Below the pieces are notes generated by a model. It was given only the letters and a program-made list of their open reading frames with translations, was not told the origin of the DNA and ran no database searches. Both the position numbers and the translations under genes were made by a program. From a virus (taxonomy: Duplodnaviria > Caudoviricetes): a stretch of 64,000 nucleotides of DNA. The number at the start of each line of letters is the position of its first letter. Position 1 is the stretch's first letter. Below, one piece after another: positions 39,896-50,077 of this stretch. The stretch covers positions 96,001 through 160,000 of IMG/VR virus record IMGVR_UViG_3300037851_000671; one strand, written 5' to 3'.

Positions 39896-40488
39896 GTGGT
39901 CTAAAACTTGACGGTGAGCCAAACGCGGCTTGGCGCAAGTTTAAAGAGCGGTTGGAAAAGTATGACTCAAAACCGGTGACAGAATGGAAAGCAGAAGAAC
40001 TGCTCGGACATATATGCAAGCGCTATCGTGAGCTTGGTAGTGAGTTCGAGTATGCCCTTTCCTACAGTGGGCCTCCTTCCAAGTGTAAGGAGATCTACTG
40101 CGTTAGGAGAATGGTTCTGGCTCTTGGAAATGAAGATCCTGTCATTTCCAAGAACTATATCGACTGGTTGTTCGACACCATCATCATCCCTAAGAAGGTT
40201 ACTCTAACGAGCGTTGCCTACTTTTTCACCGATGCTTTCATACGTGATTTCAAGATAGATCGCAAGAAGAGCAAAAAGGTCACGAGGAATACTCAGATAC
40301 CTCATGAGTTTGAGATAGCTGCCGAAGAGTTGCAGCTTTCAATTATGACGTATGGAGACCTGGCTTTTGCCAAGGCTGCCATAGATCAGGATCCTACCAA
40401 TGAGGACTATGCCCCTTACCACACACTGTTTCAGAAGCTTTCTTCCATGGGTTTTGATCCAAATACACTTGGGACAATGGATGTATGA
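39865..40488 (+). CDS. hypothetical protein in the replication module
   Basis: 207-aa ORF between the helicase and the loader. Confidence 0.7.
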   Translation: MAGRTKTTKVSGLKLDGEPNAAWRKFKERLEKYDSKPVTEWKAEELLGHICKRYRELGSEFEYALSYSGPPSKCKEIYCVRRMVLALGNEDPVISKNYIDWLFDTIIIPKKVTLTSVAYFFTDAFIRDFKIDRKKSKKVTRNTQIPHEFEIAAEELQLSIMTYGDLAFAKAAIDQDPTNEDYAPYHTLFQKLSSMGFDPNTLGTMDV

Positions 40489-40925
40489 TTGGTAAATGTA
40501 TAAAGGTCACCTGTCATAATGGATTTATTCAAGAGGGAATAGTTGAGCAATTTTCAGATGATAGAATGGATCTGAAATTAATTGACGGCTCTACACTAAT
40601 ACTCTTGAATCCCAAGACGCACATTTTCACGATACACGTATTTGGGGAGGTGCAAGACAAACCCAAGGCTGTTGCAAAAGATACAACAGAGCTGGAAGCA
40701 AAAGAAAAATTTAGCCATGAGTTGAGGTTCAAGAGTTTGGCGGAGCTACATAAGCTCAAGGCACACGAAGAGCAAAGAACAGCAAAAGAGCTTTTAACAT
40801 CTAAATCGATTTCTACAATTGCACCAGAGGTGAAATTTGAATACCCAAACTTCGGAAGTTTACGACAGCCCGGTCAACCCCTTCCAAAACGTCCCAAGAA
40901 AAAAGCTAGATCAGGCGCTAAATGA
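40485..40925 (+). CDS. hypothetical protein
   Basis: 146-aa ORF, ATGA-coupled to the previous gene. Confidence 0.65.
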   Translation: MIGKCIKVTCHNGFIQEGIVEQFSDDRMDLKLIDGSTLILLNPKTHIFTIHVFGEVQDKPKAVAKDTTELEAKEKFSHELRFKSLAELHKLKAHEEQRTAKELLTSKSISTIAPEVKFEYPNFGSLRQPGQPLPKRPKKKARSGAK

Positions 40926-41571
40926 CACACTGAAAGTATTCTCCAAGAGTGGAGTGTTGACAAAAGACGGAGTTCATTTGACTGAAGCATTCCAAAGGTA
41001 CTGGCAATCAAATATACCTGTAGACTACTGGTTCAGAGACATGAACGAATTCAAGGGAGATAAGTCCCTTGTAAAACGATACCAAGAGATCGTAAAGGAC
41101 ATTGAGAAAACATACACAGAAGGGGTTCGTGTGTGTTTTGCAGGTAAACACGGCTCCGGCAAAAGCATGGTGTGTTCATGCATTCTGAAGCGTGTTGTTG
41201 AGCAGGGCAAGTACACGGCTCTGTATGTAAACCTGACAGATATCATCAATGTAATGACATCCCCAAACGGCGATAGGGACGAGTCACGCAGGCTTCTTCT
41301 TGAAACTGATTTTTTGGTAATAGATGAAGTTGATCAGCGTTTCATGGGAACGGAGAACGCTGCTGACTTGTTTGGAAGAATTCTTGAGCCTGTCATTAGA
41401 ACGCGCATACAGAATCGTATGCCTGTTTTCTTTTGCACAAACAGCCCAAATGTAACTGACAGTTTTACCGGCTCTTTGAAAGCTAGTTTTTCTAGTTTAA
41501 TGCATATGGTTCAGTTACATGCCATTATGCCTGGTAAAGATTTCCGCACAGATGAGAAGGGGTCCAAATGA
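40837..41571 (+). CDS. DnaC/IstB-like AAA+ ATPase (helicase loader)
   Basis: Walker A 'GKHGSGKS', Walker B 'FLVIDEV', 'FFCTN'; directly upstream of the DnaB-like gene. Confidence 0.85.
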   Translation: MNTQTSEVYDSPVNPFQNVPRKKLDQALNDTLKVFSKSGVLTKDGVHLTEAFQRYWQSNIPVDYWFRDMNEFKGDKSLVKRYQEIVKDIEKTYTEGVRVCFAGKHGSGKSMVCSCILKRVVEQGKYTALYVNLTDIINVMTSPNGDRDESRRLLLETDFLVIDEVDQRFMGTENAADLFGRILEPVIRTRIQNRMPVFFCTNSPNVTDSFTGSLKASFSSLMHMVQLHAIMPGKDFRTDEKGSK

Positions 41572-43034
41572 TGATTGAGGAACTTGATCTTAACATACTG
41601 AAAACCATTACTCAGGACAAGGTACAGGCTCTTACTTTCTCATATCGTTATGACCACTCTCTGTTTGCTCCAGAGGCTCAGCGATTTGGCAAATGTGTAC
41701 TTGACTACATCAAGTCATTTAGATCTCCTCCAACCAAACGCACACTGATTGATAGGTACAAGGATAATCAGGACCTTGTAAATCACATTGGGGATGTTTG
41801 GGATCAGCTGGACGCTCTGGAGTATGACCAGAAAGAGTACACCTATGATGTTGGGCGTCTGAAGCGCCGGTTTCAGGAAACAGCTGTTGATGAGATTAGG
41901 GTCAAGGCAGAGAACGAACATCCAGAAAACCCAGAGGAGTTTTTCAAGAGTCTTTCTCTGTCAATTCAGAAGGTTGTTTCTCTTGACCTTGAGAGAACCC
42001 ATATACAGAAGCCTGTTGGCGATCATATAGAGGAGTTCAAGGACCAATATGATGCCCGTCAACAAAGGCCAGATGATGTTCCTGAGATAAAAACCAAGTA
42101 CAGCATGATGGATGCAATCACTGGTGGCCTGGCCCCCGGCGAATTGATTATGCTTGGTGGTGAAACCAACTCTGGAAAGAGCATGTTGCTTAACAACATG
42201 GCTCGCCAGTTGTGGATGCAGGAAAATACTATTGATACTCCTTCCACAGAATTTGTAAAGGGTTTCAATGTTCTTTATTTCTCGTTGGAGATGTCTTACA
42301 ACGAGTGTTTCATAAGGTTCCTGGCTAGCGTTGCCAATGTTCCACAGAGGGGTTTGCAGCGCCCTCATGAGAACCCTCTTTCTCCCGAGGAAGAAGAAAG
42401 AGTTGCTAAGGCATTCAAATTCATAGAAGAATATCAGAATGCCGGCTACTATTTTGACATAGTAGATGTTCCGCGCAACCTTACTATTGAGGAGGTAGAG
42501 CTAAGATATCACGATGCATTGCTAAGATATCATCCAGACATTATTGTAGTAGACTACATGGGCTTGATGCATTCGATTGCATTTTCCAAAGAACCTGATT
42601 GGTTGAAGATGGGAGCCTATGCCGCGTCTCTTCATGAGTTTGCCAGAGCTTATAACTGTGTTGTTATCACAGCGGCTCAGTTGACGGACCTGAAGCGTAA
42701 CAGTAATTCACAGAAGGGTGAGGATTCAAAGAGGGTTGGCACACATAGGTGGGGACGATCCAGTTTGATAATGCATCACGTAAATCTAGGTATCCAGATT
42801 GAAACCAGACCCAATGAACGTGTGTACCCTGATATGCAAATTCACGCAGTGAAGAATAGGAAGGGTCCGTTGGGGCAGGGTAGTCTAGTGAAAAACTTCG
42901 CCAATGCGTTACTGATTGATGTCCCATTCGATGAGACAGAGATACCGGGAGACGTATCAGCGAACATACCTGATTTGATCAAAGCTATACAAGAGGCAAA
43001 GAACAAATTGGAAAATTCGACCAATGACTGTTGA
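41568..43034 (+). CDS. dnaB: DnaB-like replicative helicase
   Basis: 'GGLAPGELIMLGGETNSGKS', 'FSLEM', 'IVVDYM', 'VITAAQL', 'VKNRKGP'. Confidence 0.92.
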   Translation: MMIEELDLNILKTITQDKVQALTFSYRYDHSLFAPEAQRFGKCVLDYIKSFRSPPTKRTLIDRYKDNQDLVNHIGDVWDQLDALEYDQKEYTYDVGRLKRRFQETAVDEIRVKAENEHPENPEEFFKSLSLSIQKVVSLDLERTHIQKPVGDHIEEFKDQYDARQQRPDDVPEIKTKYSMMDAITGGLAPGELIMLGGETNSGKSMLLNNMARQLWMQENTIDTPSTEFVKGFNVLYFSLEMSYNECFIRFLASVANVPQRGLQRPHENPLSPEEEERVAKAFKFIEEYQNAGYYFDIVDVPRNLTIEEVELRYHDALLRYHPDIIVVDYMGLMHSIAFSKEPDWLKMGAYAASLHEFARAYNCVVITAAQLTDLKRNSNSQKGEDSKRVGTHRWGRSSLIMHHVNLGIQIETRPNERVYPDMQIHAVKNRKGPLGQGSLVKNFANALLIDVPFDETEIPGDVSANIPDLIKAIQEAKNKLENSTNDC

Positions 43035-43230
43035 CGATAAACTTAGCAAACCCCTTGGAGGGTTTGAGACCGTAGCGAGAGCTGTTCGTATTGAAATAGA
43101 TCCTACAACAAATGATATGTATCTTGTGTTTAGGATTATTGACGAGAGATTCAAAAGAAAAGTTCGAGAGAACTGGAACAACGATATACCAGTTGAGGTA
43201 CAGGGTTTAAGCCTTGTTGAAAGAAAATAG
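43024..43230 (+). CDS. hypothetical protein
   Basis: 68-aa ORF coupled to the end of dnaB. Confidence 0.6.
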   Translation: MTVDDKLSKPLGGFETVARAVRIEIDPTTNDMYLVFRIIDERFKRKVRENWNNDIPVEVQGLSLVERK

Positions 43231-43237
43231 GATTAAT

Positions 43238-43495
43238 ATGCCAACATACGAACATTTATGTCAAGAATGTAATCACGAATGGGAAGACATCTATAGTATT
43301 AGGGATGCCGTTCCAGAAGAGTGTCCGAAGTGCTCATGCAAAGGCAAGGTTATTCGATTAATTTCGAGGCCAACAGTCAGGGTTGAATTAACAGGTCGAG
43401 AGCTTGTACAGAAACTAAAAGCTGAAGGTAAAGCTTTGGCCAAGGAAGCTCAAAAAAATGAAACCTTGGCAGCCAATCTATATGGATTGGGCTAG
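43238..43495 (+). CDS. FmdB-family zinc-ribbon protein
   Basis: 'MPTYEHLCQECNHEWE..CPKC..VIRLIS'. Confidence 0.85.
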   Translation: MPTYEHLCQECNHEWEDIYSIRDAVPEECPKCSCKGKVIRLISRPTVRVELTGRELVQKLKAEGKALAKEAQKNETLAANLYGLG

Positions 43496-43512
43496 CCCTA
43501 GCAGGAGTTATA

Positions 43513-44169
43513 TTGAATAATGAACAACTTGAAGAGATCAAATCTCTATTGAACGAATTCGTTGCAGTACGCAGAAAATGTAAAAAATCAAAGAGCCAAA
43601 AACTTAAGAAGCAGTTTGATGATTTGCTACAGATATGTGCGTCTAAACTTGATTTCTTGGTAGACAGCAGAACCAAGAGATACAAGAAATTTGCTAATTA
43701 TGAGGATCTGAAACAAGACGGAAGGTTAGCTTTGTTTTTAGCCTTGCAGTCTTATGATCCTGAGAAGGGCGATTTCTTTTGGTGGGCCAATAAATACATC
43801 AAGACGAAAATCAGTCGAGAAGCCAATCGCCATTCCACTATCAAGATACCACTAAAGCATACCAAGTACGTTCAACCGTACAAAGTTGCAACGATACCCA
43901 TAATTACAGACACCGCGCCAACACCGGTTGAATCTATCAATGAAGTTGAAACAAGCTCTCTTATTCGACAGGCGATAGACAAATTGCCAGAAGATCAAAA
44001 GAACGCCATTAGACTTCATTTTGAGTTTGATACACATAGAAATGAAACATCTTCTTCTGTTGGTAAGATTTGTGAGAAGCTAAACATATCAAGACCAAGT
44101 TGCTTGAAGCTGTTGAATGACGCAAAGAAAACATTGAAACACGAACTTACATCTCAGTTTAAGGAATGA
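43513..44169 (+). CDS. sigma-70-family RNA polymerase sigma factor
   Basis: Region 2 'EDLKQDGRLALFLALQSYDPEKGDFFWWA'; region 4 'AIDKLPEDQK..ICEKLNISR'; AGGAG RBS with TTG start. Confidence 0.88.
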   Translation: MNNEQLEEIKSLLNEFVAVRRKCKKSKSQKLKKQFDDLLQICASKLDFLVDSRTKRYKKFANYEDLKQDGRLALFLALQSYDPEKGDFFWWANKYIKTKISREANRHSTIKIPLKHTKYVQPYKVATIPIITDTAPTPVESINEVETSSLIRQAIDKLPEDQKNAIRLHFEFDTHRNETSSSVGKICEKLNISRPSCLKLLNDAKKTLKHELTSQFKE

Positions 44170-44172
44170 CCT

Positions 44173-47100
44173 ATGAGACCCGCAATATCTGACGAAGTAT
44201 GGACACAGAATTATCGTGGACCTGATGAAATAACACTGCAAGATACTTGGGAAAGACAGGCTAGGGCTTGTGCGAGTGTAGAGGACCCAAGTGTAAGGGA
44301 TCAGGTATATCATCAGTTCAAATGGTTGCTTGATGATTTCAAGGGTATTGCGGGTGGTCGTATCACAGCTAATCTTGGTATAGACGGAAGAGCCGCCACT
44401 ACTTTGATGAACTGTTTCCTACCTGGAACAAAGGTTCTCACGAACAAAGGATACATTCCTATAGAGGATATTTCAATAGGAGATGTCGTTCTAACACATC
44501 GTGGTAACTGGAAAACTGTTCACAATATTTTATGCAGAGAATACGCTGGAAATATTGATGTATATCAGTCTTCTTTCTTGAATAACACACTTTCAACAAC
44601 ACCAGAACACAAGTTCTACCAAGGTGATGAACGGTGGAAAGAATCGTCTGAAAACGATACTCTTACCTTTCCCAAAATCTCTTTCGGTAAAGAGTATGTG
44701 ACCGTTGACGTATCAGTTTTTGCAGGTCCAGAGATGCTGCGTGATGAAAATTACGTTTGGTATTTTAAAGAGAGCTTTGGAGGTAATGGATGTATAGTAT
44801 CAAAGCCATGCGAAAAGGTAAATCGGCACATTGTTGTTGATGAAGATTTTGCATATGTGCTAGGAAGGTTTATTGGAGACGGATCTGTTTTCAAGACACT
44901 AAAAACACACTTCACAAATACTGCTATGAATATTGTTTTTTCCTCAAAAGAGGAGGGGGCAATGTACAAATGCCAACAAATACTTACAGATAAATTTGGT
45001 CCAACATTCAATGTAAACAAAGGCGTAACGTATCATTACATAAGAAAACACAATATTGTTGTTGCGGCTTTCCTTACGGCAATGTGTGGTTTTGGCTTTG
45101 ATGGCAAACATGTTCCATCGGTCATATTTGAATCACCAAAATCAGTAGTCAAATCTTTTCTGCTTGGGTTGTTAGATGCTGATGGTATGGTGACTAAAAA
45201 CGGTATAATCAAAATCACCTTATCAAACGAAGGATTGATAGATAGTATCAAATCGTTAATGAATGCCATAGGGCTATTTCCAAGGAAAACAATTGCCCAT
45301 AACAAGCATGTAACAAATGCATCTCCTGCATGGATGTTATCCGTTAGCCTAAGCAACGGCCAAACGTTGTTTGGTCAAATGTTGAAGGTATATGACGATG
45401 ACAGGTTGATGAGAAAGTTCTCTGTAGGAAAACCATTCACAAAAATGGTTGAGGATGGGTCTGTTATCACACATGATTTTGTCAAACATACAGAAGATTA
45501 TAGCGGGCCAGTATACAACATTTCAGTTGATACCGATGAGAGTTATGTTGTAGAGGGTGTTGTAGTTCACAACTGTTATGTCCACAATCCCTCTGACATA
45601 AACTATCAGGATTCAGATAGTATAGAGGGTATCTATGATATGCTGAAGGCCCAAGCTCACACTCTAAAAAGCGAGGGTGGGTATGGAATGAATTTCTCTT
45701 GGATTCGCCCTGCTGGTTCCTACGTAAAAGGGATCGGCGGGCGAACTCCTGGTGTTCTTAAATTCATGGAGCTTTGGGATAAGTCTTCAGAAATAATTAC
45801 CATGGGTTATGAAGACCCAATTGGCAATAAGAAAAAAGAAGAGAAAAAGAAGATTCGTAAGGGTGCTCAGATGGGTGTCCTTAACATTTGGCATCCAGAA
45901 ATAGAAGCATTCATAGATGCCAAGCTGGTGCCAGGCCGTCTGACCAAGTTCAATCTGTCAGTGGGTGTTACTCAGGGTTTCATGCAAGCTGTCAAAAATG
46001 ACGAGACATGGAACCTTGTATTCCCTGACATAGAACATCCAGAATACAAAACAAAGTGGTTTGGTAATCTGCGTGATTGGGAATCTCAAGGATTTCCTGT
46101 CATAATACACAAGACAGTGCGTGCCCGTGATCTTTGGGAGAAGATCATGAAGGCCACTTACACCAGAAATGATCCTGGTGTATTGTTCTTGGACATAGCT
46201 AATAAATACAACCCTCTGTATTATGCAGAGGAAATTATGACTACCAATCCTTGCGGCGAAATCGGTATGTCTACTGGTGTTTGCCTGCTTTTCTCACTGA
46301 ATCTTGTTAAGTACATACAGAAGAAAGAAGGTAAGTATACATTTGACTTCGACACCTTCAAGAAAGCTGTATCTATAGCAACTCGTTTTGCTGACAACAT
46401 CAATGACATATCAAGGGTTCCTCTTGTTGAGTACAAGAAGTCAATGCTGGAGAAGCGCCGCATTGGTCTTGGTGTTCTTGGGCTCGGTTCATTGTTCTAC
46501 ATACTTGGTATCAGGTATGGTTCTGATGAGTCTTTGAAACTCACAGAAGAGATATTCAAGGCCAAGCTTGAAACTGAGTTGCTAACAAGTGCGAAGCTGG
46601 GTCAAGAAAAAGGCAGCTTCACTCTTTTTGATAAAGAAGAGTATTTTTCAAGCTATTGGTGGTTGACACTTCCAATATCAGAAGATGTCAGGCAACAGAT
46701 TGAATCCATGGGATGCATGCGAAACTCACATCGCGCAGCTAATGCTCCAACAGGCAACATGAGCATTTATGCCGGGGTTGTTTCTGGTGGAATCGAACCG
46801 GTATTCCTCAAGTATTACATACGTTGGAGTATCGTGCCTGAGGGAGATAGAGCAGAGCTTCGTAAAGCTGGTTTTGAATTCCCTGATGTAAATAAGGGTG
46901 AGTGGTTTGAAACGGCAAATGTCAAACTGTCCAAAAGAGGAACAGATGAAGTTTTGCTTGGAAGTTTCAATGGTGTAAATTACCAAGTTGACAAGAACCG
47001 TGGCCTTACCAAAGAAACTCTTGTCGAGGATTATGGTTGGGCATTTGTTAAAACGGAGATGTCTGCCGAGGATATAGATGCCCGTGAAAAGGCTGGAGTA

Positions 47101-47865
47101 TTCGCTACTACAGAAGATCTGACAGCCGAAGAGCATGTTAAGGTATTGAAGGTGTTGGCTCGTTATGTTGACATGAACAGCTCTAAGACTGTCAACGTAC
47201 CGGCTGACTATCCATATGACAGTTTCAAGAATCTGTACATGGAGGCTTGGGAAGCTGGAATAAAGGGTATCACAACCTATCGTGCTGGAACGATGACTGC
47301 TGTACTTGAAAAGGTTACAGAAGACAAGTCAGAGGCATCGGGTCGTCCCACCAAGATACAGCATTCTCAGGCTCCAAAGCGTCCCAAGGATTTGGAGTGC
47401 GAGATTCATCAGCCCAAGATCAATGGCAAGAAATGGACCATTTTGGTTGGTCTTTTGCACGGTCAGCCATACGAAGTGTTTGCTGGTCCGGCTGAGAATG
47501 TTTCTATTCCAAAGAATATTACAACCGGCACTTTAAGAAGAAAAGGCAAGGGTAACTACACACTGATTGTTGGGGAAGAGGAAATCAAGGATATAGTTGA
47601 GACCTTCAGCGATCATGACAGTGCGTGGGCCACTAGAATGATTTCAATGCCGCTTCGACATGGCGTGCCGCTTGAGTTCGTATGTGAAGTCCTATCTAAA
47701 GATGGGTTTATCACTGACGTAAACAAGGTGCTTGCCAGAATATTGAAGAAGTACATGACAATTGATATCACCAACAAGACATGTCCGGCATGTGGAAGTA
47801 GCAAGGTTAACCTGGCAGAAAGCTGCTTGGTATGCCTGGAGTGTGGACACGGAAAATGTGGTTGA
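44173..47865 (+). CDS. nrdJ: class II (B12-dependent) ribonucleotide reductase containing an intein
   Basis: 'GGRI', 'EGGYG', 'RKGAQM', 'DPGVLF', 'TNPCGE', 'APTG', 'SKTVN', 'GITTYR'; C-terminal TSCPD-like domain and Zn ribbon; no beta subunit nearby. Confidence 0.9.
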   Translation: MRPAISDEVWTQNYRGPDEITLQDTWERQARACASVEDPSVRDQVYHQFKWLLDDFKGIAGGRITANLGIDGRAATTLMNCFLPGTKVLTNKGYIPIEDISIGDVVLTHRGNWKTVHNILCREYAGNIDVYQSSFLNNTLSTTPEHKFYQGDERWKESSENDTLTFPKISFGKEYVTVDVSVFAGPEMLRDENYVWYFKESFGGNGCIVSKPCEKVNRHIVVDEDFAYVLGRFIGDGSVFKTLKTHFTNTAMNIVFSSKEEGAMYKCQQILTDKFGPTFNVNKGVTYHYIRKHNIVVAAFLTAMCGFGFDGKHVPSVIFESPKSVVKSFLLGLLDADGMVTKNGIIKITLSNEGLIDSIKSLMNAIGLFPRKTIAHNKHVTNASPAWMLSVSLSNGQTLFGQMLKVYDDDRLMRKFSVGKPFTKMVEDGSVITHDFVKHTEDYSGPVYNISVDTDESYVVEGVVVHNCYVHNPSDINYQDSDSIEGIYDMLKAQAHTLKSEGGYGMNFSWIRPAGSYVKGIGGRTPGVLKFMELWDKSSEIITMGYEDPIGNKKKEEKKKIRKGAQMGVLNIWHPEIEAFIDAKLVPGRLTKFNLSVGVTQGFMQAVKNDETWNLVFPDIEHPEYKTKWFGNLRDWESQGFPVIIHKTVRARDLWEKIMKATYTRNDPGVLFLDIANKYNPLYYAEEIMTTNPCGEIGMSTGVCLLFSLNLVKYIQKKEGKYTFDFDTFKKAVSIATRFADNINDISRVPLVEYKKSMLEKRRIGLGVLGLGSLFYILGIRYGSDESLKLTEEIFKAKLETELLTSAKLGQEKGSFTLFDKEEYFSSYWWLTLPISEDVRQQIESMGCMRNSHRAANAPTGNMSIYAGVVSGGIEPVFLKYYIRWSIVPEGDRAELRKAGFEFPDVNKGEWFETANVKLSKRGTDEVLLGSFNGVNYQVDKNRGLTKETLVEDYGWAFVKTEMSAEDIDAREKAGVFATTEDLTAEEHVKVLKVLARYVDMNSSKTVNVPADYPYDSFKNLYMEAWEAGIKGITTYRAGTMTAVLEKVTEDKSEASGRPTKIQHSQAPKRPKDLECEIHQPKINGKKWTILVGLLHGQPYEVFAGPAENVSIPKNITTGTLRRKGKGNYTLIVGEEEIKDIVETFSDHDSAWATRMISMPLRHGVPLEFVCEVLSKDGFITDVNKVLARILKKYMTIDITNKTCPACGSSKVNLAESCLVCLECGHGKCG
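44413..45573 (+). mobile_element. intein (387 aa) with LAGLIDADG homing endonuclease
   Basis: Starts 'CFLPGTKVLT', ends 'VYNISV..SYVVEGVVVHN', followed by Cys; LAGLIDADG motifs 'YVLGRFIGDG' and 'FLLGLLDADG'. Confidence 0.95.
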
Positions 47866-47866
47866 T

Positions 47867-48247
47867 ATGGAGCGCTCAATTCTTGCAAACATAGAAGATG
47901 CTCGGAGTATTGCCGAAGAAGAGTGCCACGCATTTGTAAAAAACACACTTCAGAACATTGGTTTGCCTGTAGAAGAGGTTTGGCCTGATATATCATTGAC
48001 TGTTGAACAGAAAATCGCCCTAAGAAACATGTTGTCAAAATTCGATGTCGAGATTGTTGACGACAGGGATAAAGGGATTAAGATATATCATGAGAGGACT
48101 TTGCTGGCGGAGTGGTTCAAACCTCGGTTTGTTATGAGAGCGGACCCGGCAGCCGTAAACCCCAGTAAAAAAACATACTATGAAATCGTACTGAAAACAT
48201 GGAGTATGTACGAAGACGAAGGAGATACAACAGATGAGCAAGATTGA
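47867..48247 (+). CDS. hypothetical protein
   Basis: ATG 1 nt after the RNR stop. Confidence 0.7.
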   Translation: MERSILANIEDARSIAEEECHAFVKNTLQNIGLPVEEVWPDISLTVEQKIALRNMLSKFDVEIVDDRDKGIKIYHERTLLAEWFKPRFVMRADPAAVNPSKKTYYEIVLKTWSMYEDEGDTTDEQD

Positions 48248-48506
48248 AAAGTTGGACAAAGAACATTTGGATCTTATTCTTGTTGCACGTGATAAAGCAG
48301 CTGCGGCTTCTGCTGAGGCAGAGAAGCTTGTGTCTGCGGCCCGTATCGCAGAGCTTGAGTTCCGCGTCACAGTACAGGAAGTATTCCTTGCTAATGGCTT
48401 GGATCCAAATTGCAGAGTTGATCAGACAACTGGCAATATAACCTGGCCAGCCCCAGCGGAAGTTGTTGAAACAACAGCGGCAGCCATTGAAGAGAAGAAG
48501 GAATAA
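48234..48506 (+). CDS. hypothetical helical protein
   Basis: 90 aa; GGAG RBS. Confidence 0.65.
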   Translation: MSKIEKLDKEHLDLILVARDKAAAASAEAEKLVSAARIAELEFRVTVQEVFLANGLDPNCRVDQTTGNITWPAPAEVVETTAAAIEEKKE

Positions 48507-48507
48507 C

Positions 48508-49044
48508 ATGCTTAAAGATTTGGCAGCGTTAGTAGCTGTGCGAAATCATATTCTCAATGTGATGAATGACAAGTCAGTCACAAACAGAGATGAATTTCAG
48601 CCTTTGAATCAGCTACGTATTCGTCTTGATAAAAAATTCGTAGAGCTTGTAACAACAATAGATGTTGAAGCTCTTGGCATGCAGATAGCTCTTGGACGTT
48701 CTGATGAGGAAGAGCCAGCTGAGGACACTTCTTCATATGACAAGGTCTACGAACAGGCTTCTGCTGAGGTTGAAAAGGCTATGAAGTCTTTGTCCAATCA
48801 CGGCGTAACACCAACCCCTGAGGGAGCGGTAGCTGTTGTAGAGAAAGTTCTTGATGTTCCTACAGAGGTTGCAGAAGAGATAGTTAGCAAAAAAGAAGAG
48901 ATCCTTGCTGCTACCACTGCTGATGCCGAAGTGTCAAAGAGAATAGCGGAAGAAAAAGAACGCGTGGCTGCAAAGGTTGCTGCTGAAAAAGAGCTGATTC
49001 GTCAGAAGAGAGCTAGAAAAGCGGCAGAAGAAAAGAAGTCATGA
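48508..49044 (+). CDS. hypothetical acidic coiled-coil protein
   Basis: ATG 1 nt after the previous stop; E/A/K-rich C-terminal half. Confidence 0.7.
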   Translation: MLKDLAALVAVRNHILNVMNDKSVTNRDEFQPLNQLRIRLDKKFVELVTTIDVEALGMQIALGRSDEEEPAEDTSSYDKVYEQASAEVEKAMKSLSNHGVTPTPEGAVAVVEKVLDVPTEVAEEIVSKKEEILAATTADAEVSKRIAEEKERVAAKVAAEKELIRQKRARKAAEEKKS

Positions 49045-49045
49045 T

Positions 49046-49852
49046 ATGGCACAATACGCTCGCGGCGATATTGTCACATTGAAAGATGGTGAATGGCTCC
49101 GGCGGCAGAAAGCCGCCGGAGAGGTCATCTGCCACATTCATCAGACCATTGGAAAAATGGTCAAAGAACATCAGCCAATCAATCTTAAAGAGATTGAGAA
49201 TTTTGCACACGAGTATATCCTATCACATAGATGTACAAATGCATTTTATCAGTACAAAGGTTTTCCTGGTAAAATGTGTTGCTCACTGAATACAGAGTTG
49301 GTTCATGGTGTTGCAAAAGACTATCTGTTGAAAGATGGTGATGTTGTAAAGATAGACTTGGGAGCTAATTTTGAAGGAGCAATTGCCGATTGTGCATTCA
49401 CATATGTATACGGCAAACCCAAGACTGAGCAGATTGGAAAACTTCTAGTTGCATGCCAGAGGGCTCTTAATGAAGCCATAGACGAAGTCGAGGTCGGTAA
49501 AAGAATCGGCAGCATAGGCAAGAAGATATTTTCAGTCTCGAAAGAAACAGGTTTTGGCGTTATAGTGGAATTTGGTGGACACGGAATAGATTACAATAAG
49601 CTTCATTCATCTCCATTTGTACCAAACAAGTCGAGAGACGATGATAGTGTTGTTATTCAGCCAGGTCTGTCAATCGCGATAGAGCCAATGTTCGTGATCG
49701 GCAACAATACGAACACCAAGACGCTAGCTGATAAGTGGACTGTTATTACTAAGGAAATTGGCGCTCATTATGAACACTCCGTGACAATTGATGAGGATGG
49801 TAAAAAACACATCATCACAAATCATGGACTGGATATTAAAGAGTTCCTGTGA
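49046..49852 (+). CDS. map: methionine aminopeptidase type I
   Basis: 'SLNTELVHG', 'KIDLG..IADCAFT', 'GGHGI..H', 'AIEPM', 'AHYEHSV'. Confidence 0.95.
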   Translation: MAQYARGDIVTLKDGEWLRRQKAAGEVICHIHQTIGKMVKEHQPINLKEIENFAHEYILSHRCTNAFYQYKGFPGKMCCSLNTELVHGVAKDYLLKDGDVVKIDLGANFEGAIADCAFTYVYGKPKTEQIGKLLVACQRALNEAIDEVEVGKRIGSIGKKIFSVSKETGFGVIVEFGGHGIDYNKLHSSPFVPNKSRDDDSVVIQPGLSIAIEPMFVIGNNTNTKTLADKWTVITKEIGAHYEHSVTIDEDGKKHIITNHGLDIKEFL

Positions 49853-49870
49853 GAAGTAAAAGGTCGAGAG

Positions 49871-50077
49871 ATGAAGATAGCGTTCGCGGATGGAAGTTAC
49901 ATAGAACTAAGCCGGTCAAAAACCAGCAACAAAGTCTGGGTGACGGTAGCTGCTAAACAGCAATCGAACCCATTGGAGTTGGTGGTGAATGCCGCAGAGG
50001 TCGAGGCACTACAATTGTTAGATGCCTTGAAAACAATAATGGGACCTTTAGTGGTCGAAAAGGAAAAACAACAATGA
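49871..50077 (+). CDS. hypothetical protein
   Basis: 68-aa ORF coupled to the next gene. Confidence 0.6.
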   Translation: MKIAFADGSYIELSRSKTSNKVWVTVAAKQQSNPLELVVNAAEVEALQLLDALKTIMGPLVVEKEKQQ

